From Acidobacteriota bacterium (GTDB lineage: Bacteria > Acidobacteriota > Vicinamibacteria > Fen-336), in NCBI GenBank assembly GCA_036741815.1, contig DAINRN010000001.1, positions 1 to 43,009 of the forward strand: DNA of 43,009 nucleotides, read 5' to 3'. A model generated the notes under the pieces. It searched no databases. It was not told where the DNA came from and was given only the letters and a program-made list of their open reading frames with translations. Both the position numbers and the translations under genes were made by a program. This document shows positions 37,231-43,009 of this stretch, in pieces (position 1 is the stretch's first letter; each line of letters begins with the position of its first letter).

Positions 37231-37622
37231 GGCGTCACCTCCTCGCCGACGCCCACGCCGGCGATCGACTGATGCAGCACGAACGGCCCCTCGGCCAGGG
37301 TCTTCACCTTGGTGCCGGTCTTGATCCCCTCCAGCTCGCAGTACAGCTCCACCTTGCGCCCCCCCACCTCGTAGTCGGCGGTGTCGGCCGAGTTGATCAC
37401 CACGTGGAGCAGGCCGGCCGTGAGCGGGAGCTGGGGCACCACGCCGGCGGGGGCGGTCTTGGTCGCGAACGCCAGGGTGCCACGGGGTTGGTCCCGCACG
37501 CTGAAGGCAAAGCTCGTGAAGTCGCCCAGGTCCTCCGGCGCCCCGTACTCGTTCACCACCCAGTAGGGCACGATCACGTCGTCGCCGGTCCACATTTCGA
37601 CCTTCTGTTGCGTGGCAGTCAT
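37227..37622 (-). CDS. hypothetical beta-rich protein, 131 aa (tail/virion module)
   Basis: ORF track; third-position G/C is high. Confidence 0.65.
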   Translation of the reverse strand: MTATQQKVEMWTGDDVIVPYWVVNEYGAPEDLGDFTSFAFSVRDQPRGTLAFATKTAPAGVVPQLPLTAGLLHVVINSADTADYEVGGRKVELYCELEGIKTGTKVKTLAEGPFVLHQSIAGVGVGEEVTP

Positions 37623-37789
37623 CGGCCACCTCCCTTCAAGGGCTCGAGCTGCTCCCGACTGATGGCCACGCGGGGCTCGAGCTGCTCGCGCGCGATCGCC
37701 ACCAACGGCTCGAGGATGATCCCCGCCGGCACGTAGGGCGGCGCCTCCACCAGCGCACCCCCGGCCCCGAACAGCAGGAGGAGCGTCAT
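37619..37789 (-). CDS. small protein, 56 aa, containing a 33-bp tandem repeat
   Basis: The ATG at 37787-37789 forms an ATGA with the upstream stop. It has a hydrophobic N-terminus (MTLLLLFGAGGALV) and the repeat EPLVAIAREQLEPRVAISREQLEP. Confidence 0.45.
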   Translation of the reverse strand: MTLLLLFGAGGALVEAPPYVPAGIILEPLVAIAREQLEPRVAISREQLEPLKGGGR

Positions 37790-38184
37790 GCGAGCACCCC
37801 GTGGTCCAGGGCCGCCCAGGGTCGCGCGAGCCACCCGAGCGGCCCCTCGTTCTCGACGCGGGTCCACTCCTCGCCCTCGATCACCACGGCCAGGGTCACG
37901 GTGTAGCCCACCCCCGTTCCCTCCCCGTACACATCCACGGTGGCCGCGAAGGGCAGGAGCGCGTTCCGCAGCGCGGGCGGCCACTCGGCGGCCTGGTCGT
38001 GGGGATGCTTGGCCCCCACGTCGGGCCGCTCCTCCTCGCCGTCGGCGGGGGTCACGGTGTGACTCTTCAGCCCCTGCCAGTACCGCCCGTGGGTCGCCAG
38101 GTGGCCCTCCACGTAGCTCTCCAGCAGCGGCAGCCACTCGGCGGCCTTGGCGTCACACTCGGCCAGGATCTCGTCCTTGGTCAT
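37786..38184 (-). CDS. hypothetical protein, 132 aa
   Basis: ORF track; ATGA coupling at both ends. Confidence 0.65.
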   Translation of the reverse strand: MTKDEILAECDAKAAEWLPLLESYVEGHLATHGRYWQGLKSHTVTPADGEEERPDVGAKHPHDQAAEWPPALRNALLPFAATVDVYGEGTGVGYTVTLAVVIEGEEWTRVENEGPLGWLARPWAALDHGVLA

Positions 38185-38933
38185 GGCACCCCCGTGAAGG
38201 GGTAGAGCACCCCGTTACCACCCGCCCACAGCGCGCTGCGCTGGGTGGAGGAGAGGGGCGGCCCGCTGGCGGACTTCCACAGCCCCACCCCCGCCATCCG
38301 CCCGTTCATGTACTCCCCGCTCGACCACCTCCCCAGGTAGAAGGGGGAGGGGGAGGCGAAGAGGGGGCCGGTGAAGGCGGCGGTGACGGGGGTGCCGTTG
38401 TTGACTTGCAGGTTGATGGTGCCCGCCGTCACGTCGAACCACCCGATCAGCAGGTTCCAGGTGGACACGGTGGGGGTGGTGGGCCACACCGCGCTCGCCA
38501 GGCCCGATCCGTTGGCGCTGGCGTAGAAGTAGTATTTCGTTGATCCCAGGTCGAAGTAGAGCAGGTAGCTGTAGCTGCCGCCCGGACCGAAGATGCCCGC
38601 GATGCCCTGGTGGATGCTCACGGTGTCGTGGTTCACCCAGGCCGCCACCGCCAGGCTGCCGGTGCCGGGCAGCACGATGGCGTCGTTGGCCCGCAGCATG
38701 TGCTCGCCATCGGTGGCGTTGAAGTGGCGAGCGGTGCCCCCCACCGGCCGTCCCGCCCCGCTGGTGACGGTGTTCACGTCGGTGAGGTGCTCGGTGCCCA
38801 CCGAGTCCAGCATGTTGCCGCTGGCCTCGGCTCCCTCCCAAAAGGTGGCCAGGCCGGTGAGGAGCGAGGAGGCCGGCGGGGGGGCCGCCACCCCCTGCGG
38901 ACCCGCATGCAAGAGCGAGAGACGGCCTGGCAT
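38181..38933 (-). CDS. LamG/concanavalin-A-like lectin-fold protein, 250 aa (tail-associated)
   Basis: The ATG at 38931-38933 forms an ATGA with the fibre stop. Patterns typical of Laminin_G_3-type domains: GSLAVAAWVN.D, YYFYASANGSG, FYLGRWSSGEYMNGRMAGVGLW. Confidence 0.55.
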   Translation of the reverse strand: MPGRLSLLHAGPQGVAAPPPASSLLTGLATFWEGAEASGNMLDSVGTEHLTDVNTVTSGAGRPVGGTARHFNATDGEHMLRANDAIVLPGTGSLAVAAWVNHDTVSIHQGIAGIFGPGGSYSYLLYFDLGSTKYYFYASANGSGLASAVWPTTPTVSTWNLLIGWFDVTAGTINLQVNNGTPVTAAFTGPLFASPSPFYLGRWSSGEYMNGRMAGVGLWKSASGPPLSSTQRSALWAGGNGVLYPFTGVP

Positions 38934-40648
38934 CAGCGCCCCTTGTAGCCGGTGACACTGACCAGCACATTGGCGGCGGCCGCCGTCACGAAGTTGAGCG
39001 CGGTGGCCGCCGAGGTGGCCAGCGGCGTGGGGAAGCTGACCGTGACCCCCCCACCGGCGGCGGCGGCGTAGCAGTACCACATTTCCGCCCCGCCGTTGAA
39101 CAGGGTCACCAGGGTGCTCACCGTCGCGTGCTGGTTCACGATCGTCAGGCTGGTGATGTAGATCCGTATCCCCGCCGCCTGCGCCGCGATGATCGGGGTG
39201 GGCGTAGCCGCCGCCGTGCAGAACACGTTGGCCTGGAGGAGGTTCTCCGGCAAGCTGTAGGGCAGCACCAGGAGCTTCCCCACCTTGTCGGCCACCAGGG
39301 CCGCCAGCACGCCCGCCCCCAGCACCGCCGGCTCGGCGAGCTGGACCTCCGCGCCCACCTGCGTGCTGTTATCGGGGTTGTTCGCCCCGTTGGCGCCGTG
39401 GCCCCACAGGGGGATGGCCACCTGGCCGGTGGGGATGTTCACGTCGCCGATGACCACCCCGCTGTTGGGGGCGAGCTTCCCGATGGCGTTGGAGCCCGCC
39501 GGCAGCGCCACGTCGGTGGCCAGCACCACCCGCTGGGTGAGCGCGGTCACCGCCCCGCTCGCGCCCTGGACCCCCACCTGGCCCGCGATGGGGTTGACCT
39601 TGGCGCGGTCATTCTCATCCCAGTCGTCGATCACCCCCAGCGAGGCATCGGCCAGCGCGTTGGTGGTGGCCACCGTGCCGCTCACCGTCACCGCCCCGTT
39701 CGCCCCGATCCCCTGCACATAGAGCACGCCGGGGGTCGAGGCGGGGATCGCGGTCGCGGCGACCCCCAGCTTGACCAGGTCGAAGTTACTGTCGGCCGGG
39801 TCCCGCCCATAGAGGAACGAGGCCACCCCCAGCCCGACCGGGGTGGCGGTGGGCACGGTGTCGGGCAGCGTCCCGACTGCCCCAATGGACACCTGGAGGG
39901 ACCCCCCCGCGACCACCGCCTTCTTCCCCGTGCCGGGGCCAGCGGTATCCTCGATCACCATGACCTGGGCGCGGTTCAGGTTGACCCGCGCGGCGGCCAG
40001 TTGGTTCTCGGTGACCACGTCGAGGGTGGCGGCCTCGTCCACCAGGAACCCTGGAGGGGTCACGGGGGTGCCCCCCATCCAGGTGGACTTGTCCGCCGGC
40101 CCCGCCGTGGTGGTGATGGACCCGCTAATAGGAATGGGGACCGCCCCCACCGCGCCCTGCACGGTGACGACATTGTTGGGATAGGCGGTGCCGGCCACCT
40201 GCCCCCCCTGGATGGGCACCGCGCTCTGGTTGGAGGCCAGCACCACCGGCAGACTCGCCACCATGAGTTGCTGCCCCCGCACCAGATCACCCCCGTTGGA
40301 GTCCTTGATGCGCACGGTGCCCACGTCCGTGGTGGCGACCGCCGGCCAGAACGTGCCACTCACCGGTAGCGGCGTCCCCCCGGTGGGTGCCCCCTGCACC
40401 GTGACGACCCCACCGGCGGGCGTGCCCGCCAGCCCCTGGCCGGTGATGGTGACGGTGGGCAGGGCCTTCACCTCCACCTCGAGCCCGCTGGCGCCCACCT
40501 TGGCCACCGTCTGCTGGCCGAAGGTCCCATCCATGAGCTTCAGGTACTGGATGGCCTCGCCGGAGGGAAGGAGGTCCACGCCGATCTTGGTGTTGGCCGG
40601 CACCGTCGAGGCGGGGGGCGAGACCGTGGGGATATGGGCTAAGGGCAT
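38933..40648 (-). CDS. tail fibre / receptor-binding protein candidate, 571 aa, with internal repeats
   Basis: Gly/Val/Thr/Ala-rich beta sequence. The repeated unit is VVTVQGA.(G)..P(L/I)P(V/I)SG, in GGVVTVQGAPTGGTPLPVSG and NNVVTVQGAVGAVPIPISG. The C-terminal domain is compact. Confidence 0.5.
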   Translation of the reverse strand: MPLAHIPTVSPPASTVPANTKIGVDLLPSGEAIQYLKLMDGTFGQQTVAKVGASGLEVEVKALPTVTITGQGLAGTPAGGVVTVQGAPTGGTPLPVSGTFWPAVATTDVGTVRIKDSNGGDLVRGQQLMVASLPVVLASNQSAVPIQGGQVAGTAYPNNVVTVQGAVGAVPIPISGSITTTAGPADKSTWMGGTPVTPPGFLVDEAATLDVVTENQLAAARVNLNRAQVMVIEDTAGPGTGKKAVVAGGSLQVSIGAVGTLPDTVPTATPVGLGVASFLYGRDPADSNFDLVKLGVAATAIPASTPGVLYVQGIGANGAVTVSGTVATTNALADASLGVIDDWDENDRAKVNPIAGQVGVQGASGAVTALTQRVVLATDVALPAGSNAIGKLAPNSGVVIGDVNIPTGQVAIPLWGHGANGANNPDNSTQVGAEVQLAEPAVLGAGVLAALVADKVGKLLVLPYSLPENLLQANVFCTAAATPTPIIAAQAAGIRIYITSLTIVNQHATVSTLVTLFNGGAEMWYCYAAAAGGGVTVSFPTPLATSAATALNFVTAAAANVLVSVTGYKGR

Positions 40649-40974
40649 CAGGTGCTCCGTTCGAGGGTGGCGGCCTCACCGGCGCCGTTCAGTTGCTCCT
40701 CGAGCAGCTCCGTGGCGGGCGCCGTCAACAAGAGCGGGGCAGCGGCGGGGGCCGCCATCACCGCCATGGCCGCGATGTGGGCGAGGTTGACGTAGACGTA
40801 CTCGTAGCCCTGGACCTCGCACGCGACCGCCAGCGCGGGGTCCAGCACCAACAGGCTCCCGCGTGGCTCGAGCGTGTGCTTGTTCCCCAGGTGGTCGATC
40901 AGCGTGAGGTCGAAGTCTCGCGCATGGATCTGCCCCTGCGGGGTGGCCTGGGCGGTGGTGTGCTCCAGCGGCAT
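40648..40974 (-). CDS. hypothetical protein, 108 aa
   Basis: The ATG at 40972-40974 follows AAGGAG. The 310-aa track version is over-extended. Confidence 0.6.
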   Translation of the reverse strand: MPLEHTTAQATPQGQIHARDFDLTLIDHLGNKHTLEPRGSLLVLDPALAVACEVQGYEYVYVNLAHIAAMAVMAAPAAAPLLLTAPATELLEEQLNGAGEAATLERST

Positions 40975-40988
40975 GTACTGACTCCTTG

Positions 40989-41942
40989 TCACGTGGCAGT
41001 CTTGAAGGTGAGGAGCGTGAGGGAGAGGTCGTGGCGGGGGCCGTCGGTGGTGGCCCCCGCCAGGTAGCGATCGGCAAAGTCGGTGATGGCCGCCCGCTGC
41101 TCCTCTCCGTCCGGCAGCAGCACTTTCACGTCGTCGCCCTTGGCCTCGAGCTTCCGCAACAGGTCGTGCAGCTCCTTCGCGGAGATGCGGGTCACATGGC
41201 CGTCGCGGCGCACCAGGCGCGGACCCACGTGGGCGGTGAACGCGATCTCCTCGATGGAGCTGGGGTGGACTTGCTCGCCCAGCGCGATCCCCTCGAGGAT
41301 GGGCGTGTCGCCAGGGTCGTCGGTCTCGAGCGTCACGCGGAGCTGTATCCACTTGTCGGTGGCGCCCGGCGGGAACACCAGGGGCTCGCCATTGGTGGAC
41401 ACGTCGCCAGGGAGCGGCCGCCACTCGGTGTCGTTCGCCAGCTGGTAGTCGAAGCGCACCCGCTGGTGGTTGCTGAGCGCGGTCCCAAAGGCCGTCACGT
41501 CGAAGAAGGTCTTGTTGTCCGCCTGGAACCCCGCGTTGTGGCGAGACAGCACCGTGGAGCCGCTGGAGCGGAACTGGCAATAGGGGTCATTGGGAGAGAA
41601 CGGCCCCTGCGCCGGCAGGATCGTCCAGCACAGGCCGCCGTCGGCGAACCCCAGGTAGAGGCGCCCGTTGCCGCTGGGCTCGCCGGCCAGGCTGTGCTGC
41701 ATCCAGGTAGCCCGCCGGCCGGGCCAGCTCTCGAGCGCACCATGCATGACAGGTACTGTCTGCGAAGCGGGGTCTTTTGCCTGGCTAGGGTTGAGCCATG
41801 CACCATACTTGCCCACAAAGGTGGTGCCGCCCACCTCCGCCCGCTCGTCGTAGATCGCCCACCACAGATGCCAGGGTCCCCACGGCGCCAGGGCCACGAT
41901 GCGCCCCTGCACCGGCGAGCTGTTCTCGATCAGCCGCTCCAC
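40989..41942 (-). CDS. hypothetical tail-module protein, 317 aa (start uncertain; may be a continuation of the upstream BNR ORF)
   Basis: The coding-looking part of the 559-aa track ORF begins near 41942. The GTG at 41940-41942 overlaps the upstream ORF end by 13 nt. The SD is weak. Confidence 0.5.
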   Translation of the reverse strand: MERLIENSSPVQGRIVALAPWGPWHLWWAIYDERAEVGGTTFVGKYGAWLNPSQAKDPASQTVPVMHGALESWPGRRATWMQHSLAGEPSGNGRLYLGFADGGLCWTILPAQGPFSPNDPYCQFRSSGSTVLSRHNAGFQADNKTFFDVTAFGTALSNHQRVRFDYQLANDTEWRPLPGDVSTNGEPLVFPPGATDKWIQLRVTLETDDPGDTPILEGIALGEQVHPSSIEEIAFTAHVGPRLVRRDGHVTRISAKELHDLLRKLEAKGDDVKVLLPDGEEQRAAITDFADRYLAGATTDGPRHDLSLTLLTFKTAT

Positions 41943-43009
41943 GCCGAGGGCTCGACGTTGGCGCTCGAGGGGGAGGTGCCGTGGATGCGGTACAGCCCCA
42001 TGCCGTAGGGCGTGTACACGTCCCCCTTCCACACCACGGCGCAGCGGCCGTTGTTGGGGTGGCGGGGGAGCGAGCGGTCGGGCGTCACGTCGGAGATCAC
42101 CGCGCCGGTGGCGGGCGTGGTGCCCACCGAAATGCGGGTCTCGCTGAAGGTGTAGAGCACCCCGTCCAGCCGCAGGATGCGGGTGATGGGGCTGGGGCGC
42201 TCGTCCTTGTAGACAATCTTGTGACTGGCGTTCAGTCCGCTGATGGTGCCGATCAGGGGGTCCACGAAGGTCTCGTACACGAAGTTGTTCAGCAGGTAGA
42301 CGGGGGTGGTGTCCTCGGACACGGTGGAGGAGTGCAGGAAGTTGAACCCCTCGTGCGCCAGCGCGCGGCCCTCGAGGTGGCTGGCGGCCTGCTCCCAGGT
42401 GGTGCCGTCCCAGCGCCAGAAGGCGCCCAGGTCCACCCCTACCCACAGGTAGGGCCGCCCCTGACTGGGCGCCGCCAGGAGCTGGTAGGCCCCCTGGCCG
42501 ACCGCGGCCTCCGGCGGCTGCTGGTCCGTCCAGTAGTGGTTCGACCAGCCGTCGAGGTTGCCATTGTCCTGATAGCTGGTGGTCGGGAGCCCGATCGCTT
42601 TCCAGGTCACCCCGCCGTCGGCCGAGCGAAAGAGGGTGGTGATGAAGTCCACCGGCGGCGCCGTCCACGCCAGGTCCACGCGGTGGGTGTCGTCCAGCAC
42701 GTCCGGCGCGGTGGTCACCGTGCGCGGCAGGCCGGCCTCCGAGTAGGGCGGATAGGGGCTGGGGAACAGGTAGAAGCCCGACGCCGTGCTCCAGGCCAGC
42801 CGATAGATGAGGGTCTGCGTGCCAGGGGTGCCCACGATGGTGGCGGTGGGCACCGGCGGGACCGCGTCCGGCGGCGAAAAGTCGCGGAGGAGGGTGAAGT
42901 CCTCGGGGCCGTTGATCTCGGTGGCGATGGAGTCGTACACCCGCTCCCCACTCAGCACGTACAGGTGGCGCACCCCCTGTGATGCCAGCACTTCCTCCAG
43001 CGTCCGGCC
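41930..43009 (-). CDS. Asp-box (BNR) repeat protein, 5' end probably beyond the window edge
   Basis: FRSADGGVTWKAI matches the S-x-D-x-G-x-T-W Asp-box. WRWDGTTWEQ is a degenerate second copy. The frame is open from 42991 to 43009 (GRTLEEV...), and the track start is only a GTG. Confidence 0.6.
   Translation of the reverse strand, partial: GRTLEEVLASQGVRHLYVLSGERVYDSIATEINGPEDFTLLRDFSPPDAVPPVPTATIVGTPGTQTLIYRLAWSTASGFYLFPSPYPPYSEAGLPRTVTTAPDVLDDTHRVDLAWTAPPVDFITTLFRSADGGVTWKAIGLPTTSYQDNGNLDGWSNHYWTDQQPPEAAVGQGAYQLLAAPSQGRPYLWVGVDLGAFWRWDGTTWEQAASHLEGRALAHEGFNFLHSSTVSEDTTPVYLLNNFVYETFVDPLIGTISGLNASHKIVYKDERPSPITRILRLDGVLYTFSETRISVGTTPATGAVISDVTPDRSLPRHPNNGRCAVVWKGDVYTPYGMGLYRIHGTSPSSANVEPSAWSG

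Noticed and set aside
38181-40648. A diversity-generating retroelement acting on the fibre or LamG genes.
   Set aside because: No reverse-transcriptase-like ORF, and no template/variable repeat pair, is visible anywhere in the window.
1-43009. The idea that the window is a circularly closed genome, with the left-edge ORF (1-338) and the right-edge ORF (41930-43009) being one gene across the junction.
   Set aside because: The left ORF leaves 2 nt (TT) at position 1, while the right ORF frame starts exactly at 43009. A direct join is therefore out of frame by one nucleotide. The joined peptide would read plausibly if one base were missing, so this can only be settled with the flanking sequence.
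1-43009. tRNA, tmRNA or other structured RNA genes.
   Set aside because: The intergenic gaps are short (mostly under 180 nt). The ones I folded by eye give simple hairpins or promoter-like sequence, not cloverleaf-compatible arms. A tRNAscan or Infernal run would be needed to exclude them formally.

Overview
High-GC DNA that is phage-derived from edge to edge. I saw no cellular housekeeping genes, rRNA, tRNA or CRISPR array. There are about 75 tightly packed genes, all but three on the minus strand, and many junctions are ATGA/GTGA stop-start overlaps.

Reading the minus strand from high to low coordinates:
1. Tail and receptor-binding genes (43009-37227): an Asp-box/BNR protein, a repeat-rich fibre and a LamG-like protein.
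2. A lysis cassette: a GH19-type endolysin, a 2-TM holin that the ORF track missed, and a small Cys protein.
3. A short plus-strand immunity cassette (Xre-type repressor 35093-35614 plus two small genes) facing a divergent switch region.
4. A lambda-like early operon: an RHH Cro-like protein, a terminator hairpin, a Zn-ribbon protein, a wHTH protein, a replication initiator with internal iterons, a DnaC-like loader, a LexA-like wHTH protein, a ParB-like protein, RusA, an Xre HTH protein, a secreted 3D-domain protein, two unknown modules that share a duplicated promoter-leader, and a Mom-like GNAT-fold protein.
5. A strong intrinsic terminator abutting the first late gene.
6. The late operon: an HTH protein, TerS-like and TerL, an 8-gene accessory island (HNH, SPPY DNA methyltransferase), a portal candidate, small proteins, a 2,515-aa SLT-bearing giant protein, a scaffold candidate and an HK97-type capsid protein.

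Both window edges cut ORFs. I recognised no integrase, tape measure, tail tube or sheath, so a podovirus-like architecture is only an inference.

Many ORF-track starts are over-extended. I re-set them using SD motifs, stop-start coupling and third-position G/C. Long plus-strand ORFs antisense to these genes are treated as high-GC artefacts.

Most interesting observations: the giant polyvalent protein; the iteron array inside the initiator gene; the duplicated promoter-leader cassettes; the 60-bp direct repeats bracketing a 113-aa ORF; the terminator and SD-like repeat leader; and the Mom-like/methyltransferase DNA-modification candidates.
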